DNA of 64,000 nucleotides from Octopus sinensis (taxonomy: Eukaryota). The DNA lies in contig NC_043005.1 of assembly GCF_006345805.1 (NCBI RefSeq), positions 87,482,001-87,546,000 on the forward strand. Reading direction: 5' to 3'. Below are positions 50,783-63,879 of the stretch, piece after piece (position 1 is the first letter of the stretch; every line of letters starts with the position of its first letter). Below the pieces are notes generated by a model, which saw only the letters and a program-made list of their open reading frames with translations, ran no database searches and was not told the origin of the DNA. The position numbers and the translations under genes are program-made.

Positions 50783-53457
50783 TGAATATACTATAATGTA
50801 GGGTATGATAAAGACGTTTGGTACCGCAAATGCATTTGATTAGGATTTGTGCACTGACTTTTAACAAACTGTATAATACACGAGACCCCCACAAGGAATT
50901 TTAATAAATAATTCCTTGTCAAACATTTTATTCTCAATCATACGGTTAGTTTTTATGGAGAGAAGAATTGATTTGTATGCGTTTTTCGTTCAGTCCTTAA
51001 AGATTACAAGTAAAAATGGTGGCACTATTTAATCTGATGTTTGCACTTGCTGTATATATTCCACAAAAATATCTTAAAGTAGGATTTCATCTGATTGAAA
51101 ATGCTTTAACAAATGACTGGTATTTACTTTATTTATATCATATGTATAAAACTAGAAAGACTGCATAAACAGTTATAAACGAGGTGGGGCAGAATTATAG
51201 AGTGAAGTGTATTGAATAAAATGTTCTATCGCTTGTGATCTTCCACCCTCGTCCAGGAAGGCTAATGTTAAATATTGAACATAATGTCAGAATAAGATGG
51301 TGAATATTTATACACGATTTGTCTGTGTTATAGACTACAGATTTAACATAATCTGAAATATAAGTGGAAATGGTAATCTTTGTTAGAAACTAAAAACCAG
51401 AAACAATACTTGGCATTTAGAATCTACCATTTAAAAGCTGATATAAAATGTAGCTGTCAGATATATTGGGATAAAGTGGCTTTATACAAATAAGAAAGCA
51501 TTATAAAATAACCTCATTTGGTCCTACAAGTGTATTTGGAAAGGGTAAACCTAAAGACCGATTAGAAAAGAAAACAAAAATGATTTTTTCTTATTAGGTT
51601 TAGAAAGCATAGAAGAAGAAATGGAAGAAAAACAGTAAAAATCTAAAAATACACAAATGAAATAGAATGAAAAATGAAAGACAGAATTAAGTAGAGGAAA
51701 TAACAAAATGTTTAAATAAAAACCTGATTCGGTGATTGTAAAACATTTTAAGTAAAGCACAGTGGACAGAAAATATAAATCTCAATCTTTAGTATTCAAA
51801 TTGTCTAGATAAAATTGAAGTAAGCACAACTGAAAAGAAAGGCGTTCCTAAGGGCTCTGGGATTCAGTTACAAAATAAATTATTTAGATTATAGCAATAT
51901 GAAGGGTAGATCGTATATTGTTAAGACCAAAAAGGCATTCTATTGTTGTAACCAGAAAAGATTAATGGCAATTGTAGAACATACAGTGAAAATATATCAA
52001 AAGGCAACATGCCGTCTTCAATTTTTTCCAAAAACTAAAATTACGATCATGACTATTTTTATATTCAGTGAATAAATGATAAGAAACTCGATGTAAGAGA
52101 CACACGTCGTAATATATCATAAAGCAGAAGAGGTGACATTGTGCTGTATTAAAGAGCTCACTTGAAAAGAAAGCAAATAAAGTTATCGAAATCTCATTTT
52201 AAATAAAGCTAAAAGAAAAAAGAAAACATTCAGACTCTCAGAGTCATCCATTCACTGAAAGCGAAAGAATCCTACATAGAGTAATATATCCAAAATATGG
52301 AGAGAAATGATGTAATTGCTACCTATGATAAATTCCATATATTTCTACACACTTCGGTAAATATCTTTTGTACGATGCACATTGACAGCGTGGTTATTTC
52401 AATGAAACTTAACACACGGCCCACTCGTGCAAATCAAAGATGCATTGTGAGAACAAACGTGTTGATCCAAGTTTATATCAAGATCTTTCTGAATTTCAAA
52501 ATACAAGTTAGGCTGGGGACAAAAAAGGGTCTCTCTCCATAAAGTAACAGAATTTCTAAAGACATGTAACATATTTCGACTTGCTAGTCTCTTTGTTTCC
52601 GTCATACTCTTTCACATAATCACATCGATGGAAATATTTTTGATGACTTTGTAATTTCCGAGAAAGTTCATTCGGTAAGACTCCTCAGCAGCATAAGAAG
52701 GTGAATACACACCTACGTCTTACTTACTGAAGAATATAAACTGTTACATATATACATAGATTAGTGCATAAATATGTATATATATCAATGTGTGTGTCCG
52801 TGTGTGTATAATATAATATAGTATAATATAATATAGCATAATACAACACAATATAATAAATGTACATAAGGCATAGAAGAACGTCATAACAGAAAAATAA
52901 TGTAGGAAACCCGTACAAATGAAAATTGCCCTCTAAGCAATGAGCAGTATAATTATATAGTTCATTAACTCGAAAATTTTACTATCTAATTAAAATTTTA
53001 TCCTCTTTCTCTTCCTTTTTTCCTTCTTCTTTCCTAAGAATTATCTTCAACTTCCCATTTCCCCGCTATTTCCAATCCTTCGAATAAAGACAACCACGAA
53101 AACATGCATATACGTAAGCAGAGATTACCAGACTTATATACAAAAATAAAAGAACATTCAGAAAAGTCAGCAAAAACAAAAAAAAATACTAAATGTTAGA
53201 ATTGTTATAAATGCAAACAAAAATCTATATTGTAATGTTTTCAATTAAATGCTGACATTCTTAAAAAGAGATCCTGAAGAGTCGAGAAGTAATATTCTTG
53301 CCTTCAGGAAAATCTTGTTTTTTTGCACTAACGAAATAATCTGTGGAAATAGTTCCTCACTAAATAAACGAGGAAAGGAAATAGGAATATCATTTACATA
53401 TATATGTTTTTTATAAAATTATTTTAGCATTTTCTATCTTGACTTTTTCATATATAT

Positions 53458-53491
<34 letters not shown>

Positions 53492-53529
53492 ATATATATG
53501 AGTGTGTGTGTGTGTGTATATTTACATTA

Positions 53530-53582
<53 letters not shown>

Positions 53583-53640
53583 CATATAAATATGTATGCA
53601 TCAGTATATATAATATATATATATGTGTATGTATGTATGT

Positions 53641-53674
<34 letters not shown>

Positions 53675-53707
53675 ATATATATGTATATGTATATATGTAT
53701 ATATCTA

Positions 53708-53751
<44 letters not shown>

Positions 53752-53907
53752 CGCTCAGAGACTTAATATAAAATATCTCTCATATATATATATATAAATA
53801 TATACATATGTACATACATACACACACATATATATATATATATAAATATTTACATATATATATAACATACACACGCACACACACATATATATATAATATA
53901 CATATGT

Positions 53908-53939
<32 letters not shown>

Positions 53940-54204
53940 TGCATCTATCGCAAACACAATGAAGCAGAAGTGACGGAGTTTTTTAAAACATACGCCTATT
54001 AAAATGACTGTCTCCTCGTCGGCCATGATCGTTTTTGCCTGGCAGACGAATACCTGTTTAATTACTATGTATAGCCAACTATCTACAGTGACTGCACGTC
54101 TATCTCTCTAATTAAAATGGTGTGTATATCTATGTTTTATAAATACACATATGTGTGTGTGCGTGTGTATGTGTGTGTACATACCTATGTAAACATGTAT
54201 GTAC

Positions 54205-54279
<75 letters not shown>

Positions 54280-54293
54280 TGTATGTATGTATA

Positions 54294-54364
<71 letters not shown>

Positions 54365-54551
54365 GAAAATAAGTCAAATTAGAATATGCTAACATAATTT
54401 TATCATAAAAGACATTTGAGTACCGGTTACAGTCATTGAGACTTTTCCAAGTCCAAGCATGGAAAACAATTAAATTTTGGAAAATTGAAATGAAATTTTT
54501 TTTTTACATATTTCCATTCTGTTCGGGCGTTTTCCTTGTTTCTGCCTGATA

Positions 54552-55406
54552 TACGCGTTCTAGTCAAGAAGTATACAGACTGTTACCATACCAACAAAGC
54601 TAAACATGAGGGTAAAGCCACTTGGCAAATGCTGACTTTGAACAATTTTGGGCATTCTCACTAAGTTTTAACGTTCTAGATCACTTTCGCTGTCTGCAGC
54701 AGTGCTTGGAACGAAGGTGTGTAGTGTGTGATCGTCGCATTGATCATGACAGAGTAAGTTCTCATGGCGATTCCTACTCAGAGGCCTACGCAGTGTTGCA
54801 GAAAGTATGAAGAGTAGTTTATGAGCCACACACAAGGTTCCGGGCGGTTCAGACATTTCCAAGATGGCCGAAAAATGTCGATACTGACGAAAGTTCTGGG
54901 GGACCCGCAACCAGCAAAACTGAGAAAGGCATCGCAGATGTGTGTGCAGCTGTGAGGGGAAATATAATTGATTCACAATCAGTGAGTTATCAGAGGATGT
55001 GCAGATTAGTTACGGTTCAGTTCAGTCTGTTATCACTGAAGAATTGAGTATGAGACCGTGTCTGCCAAGTTTGTGCCAAAGACCGGGTGCTTTCCGTGAC
55101 AAAAAAAAAACAGTCAAGTTTCAGTTGCGCAAGAACTCCTTGATGGTGGTGAGAAGGATGAAAACCTACTGAAAACTTTGCGTTGGCCTCTGAGCAGGAA
55201 TCGCTAAACTTTTGGCGAAATTTGATGCGGATTCTCTGCTTAACTTCGTCTGACATGGTCAGTGCGAGGATCCCATGCTACACACCTTCCTTCCAAGCAC
55301 AACAAAGTTCAAGGTCAACGTGGATCACTGACAAGCATCTTCACTCTGTTTGCTTTTGCGTCGTTGATATAGCAACAGTCCGGATATTTATTGATCAAAC
55401 CACTTA
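54552..55406. mobile_element. Mariner derivative made of two inverted 5' ends
   Basis: TIR-like ends with TA (27/39 match); transposase HTH region on plus 54750-55085 and on minus 55256-55170. Confidence 0.75.
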
Positions 55407-55595
55407 TTGATCAGACCACTGTTTAGCAAGCTGTTTACTGCCGGCACTTAGATTCCTCAATGAATTTCCCACCAAATTCTTGTCTTGGCGGTCTGAGAAC
55501 TGAAGTAGATGACCAAGGGCCTTCTTCACCGTCATGGAATCTTCGAAAGTTTTTTATAAACCTATACACAGTTTTTGTTTTTGCAGTCTGCCTAA

Positions 55596-55677
<82 letters not shown>

Positions 55678-55706
55678 CATTATCATTATTATCATTATCA
55701 TTATCA

Positions 55707-55738
<32 letters not shown>
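55596..55738. repeat. (TTA)n tract at the 3' end of a Dong-like LINE
   Basis: Directly visible. Confidence 0.95.
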
Positions 55739-56235
55739 GCCTTTGCACAGCTTCTAACGCTGGAGATATACTACGGTGTCAGCTGCTCACTACCAGGGAA
55801 CTAAGGTAACAACATTTTTTTTCGAGGACCTTCTGGAGTATTCGAGCGGTTCCAAGCAGTGCTGTTTTCTGCAAGTGCTCCACCCTTATTCCAGTCAATA
55901 TTTTTTCCATGTACTTCTGGAATTTTTACTCAGTTCCCAGGGCTCCGACAATTATTGGCACTACTGCTACCTTTTTCAGCGACCACAACTGCTTAACTTC
56001 CCAAGCTAACTTGTCATATCTCTCGACTTTTTTCTTCCTTATCGCATACCTTGTTGTCAGCTGGGCATGCTATATCTATGATCCAGCATAGTTTGTTTTC
56101 TTTCTCGATTAAGACTACGTCTGGCTTCCTATTCTCTATCTCATGGTCGCACTGAATCATAAAATCCCACAGGATCATTGCATTATCATCTTCGACAAAT
56201 TCCTTCAGGCTTGTGGTCATACCAATTTTCTGCAC
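55739..56235 (-). mobile_element. R4/Dong-clade LINE 3' end (RLE domain)
   Basis: ILWDFMIQCDHEIENRKPDVV...CWIIDIACPAD and VPIIVGALGT...LQKTALLGTARIL. Confidence 0.9.
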
Positions 56236-56249
56236 TGTCAAGTCCATGC

Positions 56250-57860
56250 TTGTTGCAAAGTATCCAATGTTTGTCTTGGGTAGGTGCTCTTATTCCCACC
56301 GTATAGGAAGTGTTTTACGTATGATGTATGCAGTGCCACGTAGTTCTATTTTCTGTGTTATATATATATTTATTAGTTCTGGTGATTTTGCTATATATTT
56401 GTTTGAATGTTTTATGATACCTAATGCGCCTATTATGATAGGAATTGTTTCTGATTTTAGGCTCCACACTCGAGTTACTTCTATTTCCGGATCTTTGTAT
56501 TTTGAAAGTTATCCGGCCTACTGACCTTAAATTCTCTAAGTGTGTGTATTTACATATCCCAGTGATTGATTGTTTCTCATTTTCTGTGACCTTCTCTGGT
56601 GTGTGCCTATACCATTTTTTTCTGTTGTTATTTAGAGTGATGGCATAGCTTCCAGTGTATATAGGTCCCAACTCTGTCGTGTCTGTGAATATATTCCTTC
56701 TTAGCAAGAACTGGGAAGCCAGCGACAACATGGCTTATTGTTTCTTCTCCGTCACCACATATTCTCCAGTTACTTGTATTTTTTTTTTCATTACGTGTTT
56801 TGGGTGATTTCTGGTGGAAAGGCTTTGATCTTGTGCTGCAATAAAAATCCTTCAGTCTCTACGTTGAGTCTTCAGCTTCAGAGCCATTGTTGGGATTTTG
56901 CTTTTTTCTATTTCTGTTCTATTTAGTTTAACCCAGTATTTGCCACCGTTTTATCATGATCCTTTGCTGTTCCAGTTTTAATTTGGATTTCAGTTGCTTT
57001 ACAGCTTTTGTTGTTTCTTTTTTTTTTCTTCATAGCTGTTAGATACTATAAATTCTGTTTCGAATTTGTCAGATTCCTTAATGTCTGAAAACAGGTTTTT
57101 GTATTGTTCGTATCTGTGGCTATTTTTATTAGTTTTCCTGCCTTCTGATGTAATTATTACTGTAGTTCCATGATGGATATTTTGTAATAATTTTGTAGCT
57201 GTATAAGGTCTCTACCACCTTCTAGACGTTGTAATTATAACCTTTCTATGTCAGATTTAGAGTGGCGTATCCTAAATTCTGTTACTCTTCTTTTTTCGTT
57301 TTATTTTAATTTAGTGTCCATCTAAGAATATTGTAGCTGTAACTTATAACTGGAACTGCTCGAGTGTTAATACCTATTATCGTGTTTTTCAAATTGAACT
57401 CTGTTTTCAGTATTAGTCTAACTCGTCTATAGCATTCCTTTTTTATCTTCTCTTTCATTTGTGTGTGTATCCAGTTCATTGATTCCTAAATATTTGTATG
57501 TCTGGCTTTAGTTTAATTCTTTTATGTCATTTGATTTATCTAGTGTTATATTGGTACTCTTAACTAGTTTTCCTCTTTTCAAGGTTGCTTTGGCAAATTT
57601 TTCTAAACCAGATTTCATGCTTATTTCTTTGGTAAATCGATGTACAGTTTGTAGTAATGTTTCCAGGTGTTTATCATCTGTAGCATACAGTTTTAGTTCA
57701 TCCATACACAAGAGTTGGTTGATTGTTTTGCCGTAACAGTTGTATCGACATTCAGTTCTGTTTAGCAAGTCAAATAAAGGTGTCAGAGCCAAGCAGAAAA
57801 GGAGTGGAAAGAGCGTGTCTCCCTGGAATATTCCTCTTCCAATAGCGACAGCTTTTATCG
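56250..57860 (-). mobile_element. Second R4/Dong-clade LINE relic (RT C-half through RLE tail)
   Basis: [18 protein letters not shown]...MDELKLYA RT motifs; terminal TQKIELRGTAYIIRKTL. Confidence 0.9.
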
Positions 57861-58040
57861 GTATATATATATGTATATATATATATATACCAGCATACAT
57901 ATGTATGTAAGTCTATATATATATGTTGTAATATCGTATATATATATATAATATATATATATATATGTATATGTATATATAATATATATATATATATATA
58001 TATGTATGTATATGTATATATATATACATGCATATATATA

Positions 58041-58090
<50 letters not shown>

Positions 58091-58094
58091 CTAT

Positions 58095-58144
<50 letters not shown>

Positions 58145-58149
58145 CATAT

Positions 58150-58360
58150 ATATATTCTTTTAATTGTTTTGTTTCTGTCATTTGACTGCGACCATGCTGA
58201 GGAACCACCGGCTTTTAGTCGAACAAATCGACCCCAAGACCTATTCTTTGTAAGCCTACTACTTGTTCCGTCGGTCTCTTTTGGGGAACCGCAAAGTTAC
58301 GGTGTTAAAGCACACCGACGTCGGTTGTCAAGCGATGGTGGAGGGACATACACATACACA
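58150..58360 (-). mobile_element. OR2-like SINE 3' half
   Basis: catttgactgcgaccatgctg...tttagtcgaacaaatcgacccc. Confidence 0.82.
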
Positions 58361-58384
58361 GAAATATACACACACGTATATGTA

Positions 58385-58458
<74 letters not shown>

Positions 58459-59559
58459 GTAAATCGAAAATAATGAAGAACAAACACAAGAAAAAAACAA
58501 CAACGTGAGCATGTGGTAGATGCAACGTATTTACAGACGGTCAGGGACATAAAGAAAGGTGGTTTAACATTTCGAGCAAGAGGAAGAAGGGGAAACATAT
58601 CGCCAACAATTCACAACTGGTTAAAATTTGAATATATATATATATATATGTATGGATGCATGTATGTATGTATATTAACTGCATATAGAAAGATAGAGAG
58701 ATAGATATCATTGTACTGTTCAATATATACCAGAATTTATATTCAATTGCTTCTAATGGGAGTGAACATATTGTATTTTCACATAGAAGAATCAGAGCAA
58801 TAATATCGTTACACGAAAATGTTAATAAATATGGTAAATAAACATAACTACGGTCCTAAATATATCCTTGTCCAAATGCTTTCCTCTATTCTACGAAGGA
58901 TATTCATGTCGTATAACGTATAAACTATCCCGTTAATAAATTCTAAAGAGTCGGCTGTTATCCATGAAAACATGGAATTCTAATATATAACAGCAAAATT
59001 GAATTGTTTTACGGAAGCACAGATATGATTTCCAGAAGGAACGAGATTTCACTCAGATAGCAGAGTATATATTTCCAAACGTTAGCGGCTAGAGACACCA
59101 ACGTACGTACACAAAAATATAATACTGAAGCGTCTAGATATGGATGTATCAAAGCACAAATATACTTTCCCGAACAATATCGTTTCAACTACCAGATGAC
59201 GTAAAACCAACGGGAGGATAGAATATAAGTTTTACTCAGAATATCACTTGGCTGTCCGTATGTATACTTGTTTAGGATTGGATATCGTAAGAAGAGGTGG
59301 ATGATTTATAGCATGTCTGCTGTATCTAAAGTAAAGCAAACGGAACGCGTGACAACTGAAACGAGACAAAACTACCTACTGAATAAACATTTCACTCGTG
59401 TACTTCCAAGATTAAATACACAGTAAGTCAATAAGCCCAGAGACAATCCAACGCGATGCATATGTTTATACACACGGGGGCACACACACACACAAGGTCA
59501 TTAACTGGCTAGATAGAACTACACACACACACATATATATATGTATATATAAATATATA

Positions 59560-59623
<64 letters not shown>

Positions 59624-59743
59624 GCAGGTTTGAAAATGCAATTTTAAAAGATGTTTAAAATTTCATTTTCATACTTTCTTTCATATATAATTCCACTCGT
59701 GCTCGTGCGGTACTTTACAACTTCACTTTGTTATATATATATA

Positions 59744-60162
59744 TACTCTTTACTCTTTTACTCTTTTAGTTGTTTCAGTCATTTGACTGCGGCCATGCTG
59801 GAGCACCGCCTTTAGTCGAGGAAATCGACCCCGGAACTTATTCTTTGTAAGCCCAGTACTTATTCTATCGGTCTCATTTGCCGAACCGCTAGGTGACGGG
59901 GACGTAAACACACCAGCATCGGTTGTCAGGCGATGTTAGGGGGACAAACACAGACACACAAACACACACATACATATATATATATATACATATATATACG
60001 ACAGGCTTCTTTCAGTTTCCGTCTACCAAATCCACTCACAAGGCATTGGTCGGCCCGGGGCTATAGCAGAAGACACTTGCCCAAGATGCCACGCAGTGGG
60101 ACTGAACCCGGAACCATGTGGCTGGTTAGCAAACTACTTACCACACAGCCACTCCTGCGCCT
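59744..60162 (-). mobile_element. Full-length OR2-like CORE SINE
   Basis: tRNA-like head aggcgcaggagtggctgtgtggtaag...gggttcagtccc, cttgggcaagtgtctt, tail (gagtaaaa)n. Confidence 0.95.
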
Positions 60163-60217
60163 ATATATAATATATATATATATTATATATATATATATAT
60201 ATAATATATATATATAT

Positions 60218-60339
<122 letters not shown>

Positions 60340-60362
60340 ATATATATATATATATATATATA

Positions 60363-60401
<39 letters not shown>

Positions 60402-60567
60402 ACATACTCTAATGACTAATTCGTTTTTGTACTAGGCCACTGGTAATAATAATTTCTTATTACCCTATTGTTATTTATATATACATACACACACATATGC
60501 ATATATGGGTACATGACGTCGCAAACAGTAAACACATTTGCTTTCGTATTTCATGTTGTTTAGTCTT

Positions 60568-60606
<39 letters not shown>

Positions 60607-60802
60607 GAATATATTTTATGTAATTTTCTAGATGGTGTGATTTAATTGTTCATTTTGAATTGATGAAAGGTGTTTTTTTCTAATTTATATATATATATAT
60701 ATTTTATTTTGTGAAATTTTATTTAGTATTTCTAAATTGAATTTTATTTAGTATTTCTAAATTGAATTTTTTCCCTGTAAGTTAGGAATAATATTCCCTC
60801 AA

Positions 60803-60856
<54 letters not shown>

Positions 60857-60859
<3 letters not shown>

Positions 60860-61063
60860 TAGTTTTATTTTTATAGCGTGCTTTCACTTCACTACCGAGC
60901 GCAGCTCTGTGTGCCTTGGGTATGTGCTGTGATTTGTTGTGATGCTCTGATGGTTATTGTATGGAAAGTGTTCTGCGTAGGATGTGTGCAGTGCCTTGTA
61001 GTGCAATTTTGTTTGTAAATATGTGTTTGTAAGTCCTGGTGTTTTGTTATGTATTTGTCTGAA
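60857..61063 (-). mobile_element. 5'-truncated Dong-like LINE (207 bp) flanked on both sides by (TTA)n
   Basis: KIALQGTAHILRRTLSIQ* RLE tail, homologous to 56290-56410; tracts 60803-60856 and 61064-61167. Confidence 0.88.
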
Positions 61064-61088
61064 TATTATTATTATTATTATTATTATA

Positions 61089-61143
<55 letters not shown>

Positions 61144-61414
61144 TATTATTATTATTATTATTATTATACATATATATATAGAAAGCCAAAATTGCAAGAG
61201 GTCACAGAATTAACAGAAGGTATTAATATATATGTATTAGTACCCTCAGTCACTTTTGAGACCTCTATAAATGTTGCCTTTAGGTTCTAATTGCTAATAA
61301 GTCGCCTCTTTAATTTGTTGTTTACATATTTACTGTTTTGGAAGTCAGCACGCGTTTTCAACTGTTTATCTTATAAGACAAACAGAGATAGTTGAGTTTA
61401 TAAGCCTAGGAATT

Positions 61415-61475
61415 AAGAGCCGCTGATGAGGATTAAGATGGTCTACATCCAAATCCGAAATCGCGTTCAGTCTAT
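61415..61475 (+). ncRNA. Type I hammerhead candidate inside a 330-bp direct-repeat-bounded unit
   Basis: CUGAUGA 61423-61429, stem II GGAUU/AAUCC plus GAUG/CAUC, GAAA 61457-61460; stems I and III poor. Confidence 0.5.
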
Positions 61476-61930
61476 GCACTCTGGGACCTTTGTCAGGGAT
61501 TTAAAAACAATGTGTTTATGGCTTTGGGTTATTTTAAATATTTTCTTTAGCAAAAACCGGTGCGTCACAGTACACTCCCTCCCTTTTGTAACCGCCATGA
61601 ATTTTGCGTTTAGGTTCTAATTGCTAATAAGCCACAGTATTTAAGTTATATATATATGTGTGTGTGTTTGTGTGTGTGTGTGCCAAGAAAGTGTGGCGTC
61701 CTATACAGGACATTGCTAGGACGCGACACTTTGTTGACAAATATATATTGCGGTTCCGTAGAGTTCCTGATCATATCTCGCTCTCCCTCTCTCTCTCTCT
61801 GTATATATATATTCATGTATGCATGTCTGTAAGTATGTAAGTATGTATGTATGAATATATATGTATATATATGTGAATATATATTTGTCTCATGAGACAG
61901 ACGGAATATGGAAGATACAGAGACGTAGTT

Positions 61931-61981
61931 GATTACTACAATTGTTTCGTTTATGTAAAATCGATCCCTCCCAGGTGGGAT
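61931..61981 (-). ncRNA. 3'-half remnant of the CCGANGA hammerhead family
   Basis: tcccacctgggagggatcgat...GAAA-CAAUUG-UA-GUAAUC matches 48161-48212. Confidence 0.55.
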
Positions 61982-62039
61982 TCTGAATGTAATGTAATTC
62001 TTTTCTTATTAGATTCTTATGTAAATCAATGTTGACAAT

Positions 62040-63180
62040 GTAAATGTTACTTGTTTTCCATCTGCTACAAGCATCCCTGGAGTTTTCTCGTAGTCATCAA
62101 GTAATTTCGTAAGATTTTCTTGGTGTTTGTTGTCTCTTCTGGGGTTCTTCCTGCATCTCACATTCTTAACTATATTATAGAATTCCTCTTCGAATCTGAT
62201 TATGTGTTGGTCGGTCGGTGGATTTTTTCCTTGTTGCCTGCAGCCTACGGTGCCTTTGTTTTCAGCTACCTAATACATTCCTGGTTGTTCTGACTGAGTC
62301 AAGGATGCAAAACGTTTGTAACGGTTCTACTGGGCACTCTATTCCAATTTCATTGATATTACTCTTGATGTCTTCTGATACTGTTCCAAAGGCCCCAAAT
62401 ATAATTGGCGCTCTTTTCACCCTCATTTCATTTTCCATAGTCAGGTTATTTCGTACTTAAAAGTGTTGAATCTATCTATATTTTCGCCTTCTTTCTTGAT
62501 TATTCGTGGGTCGAAATGGCATGCAAGTATAGGATATAAGCTATATAGCATATGTGGTGCACCTTGTCCAACACAACTAGGTCCGGTCTGTTATGCTCTA
62601 GCACCTGATCTGTTTGGTTTGAGAAATCCCAGACGATTTTGATAGTCTCCAACTCTTCCGTACTTTGCGGTTTGTGCTCATACCATGTCTTGCCTCTCTC
62701 TAGCCCCCACTTTTCGCACAGTTTCCAATTATGCACTTTCGCTATTTGGTCATGTTCCCACAATTAGCAGTGTTTTGCGGCAAGTCGTAGGCATTCGTTC
62801 GTGATATGGACAATGCTTCATCCACTCTGTTACAGATGCGGCACAGCGGGGACACTTGCTCACTCTTAAGGTTTGCTCTCCAATTTATAGCCAGTATTGC
62901 GCTGCCAGTATAATGCTCTCGGTCTCGTTTTTAGTGTTCTTTTCTTCAGCCAATCCCACCTACTTTTTCCAGCAACTTCTGTTGTGACTGCATGGAATTG
63001 ATTGTGTGTCCCTTCCTGCCTAAGTCTTCTTCATATCCTTTTTGAACTTCTTCCCTTGTTTTTCATTTTTTCTCTGATTCCAATACTCCTTTGCTCCTAA
63101 CTTTCACTAGCAAGGTTTCTTTACTTTCGGCTAGGTATCTCATTAAGCTCTCGAGTTCGATACACACACAGCCTGCTCGT
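62040..63180 (-). mobile_element. R4/Dong-clade LINE 3' part (zinc knuckle plus RLE)
   Basis: HDQIAKVHNWKLCEKWGL...WYEHKP...IVWDFSNQTDQVLEHNRPDLVVLDK and PIIFGAFGTV motifs. Confidence 0.9.
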
Positions 63181-63319
63181 AAAATTAGCATGCAAGTGGC
63201 TAAGCACTCCATAGACACGTGTAACCTTAACGTAATTTCTCGGGGAGATTCAGCTTGACACAGGGTCTGACAAGGCTGGCTTTTGAAATAGATGTACAAC
63301 AGAAATTGAAAGAAATGGT

Positions 63320-63495
63320 GAGAGAACGTTGTAGTTAAAGAGTATAGCAGGGTCCGCCACCACTCCCTGCCGGAACCTCGTGGGTTTTTTGGTATTTTCG
63401 CTTAATAAATACTCACAAAGCCCAGTCGGGGAATCGAAACCGCGATCCGACAACTTCGAGTCCGCTGCCCTAACCACTGGGCAATTGCACCTCCA
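63320..63495 (-). mobile_element. tRNA-derived SINE (fourth family) 5' part
   Basis: A box TTGCCCAGTGG and B box GGTTTCGATTCC on minus strand. Confidence 0.75.
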
Positions 63496-63879
63496 CTGTC
63501 CATTATATAAGCGTTACATGTATTAAGTGATTTTATTAGCAAAGAGTCAAATGTATGAGAAGTATTGGCATACAGAAGACCCAAGGTGGCAGGTAACGCT
63601 CTGTAAGTGCTATGGAAGGACCGTAGTTATACTCTCGGTTCGATAATGATACGAGTGAGGAGTCTAATGCGGGTCTTGTATGAGCATGTATATAAATATA
63701 TATGTATATCGTTAACCTAATATGATGTAAGAGCGAATTGATAATACAGAGAAAATCAAACTAATACTTCTTAGATCAAACATATGAAATATCTATTTAA
63801 TGTAATAAGTTTATTTGATTAACTTATTTGAACGTGTATTCATTTGTTGCCAGTTTACGCTCAACATACACATACACTA

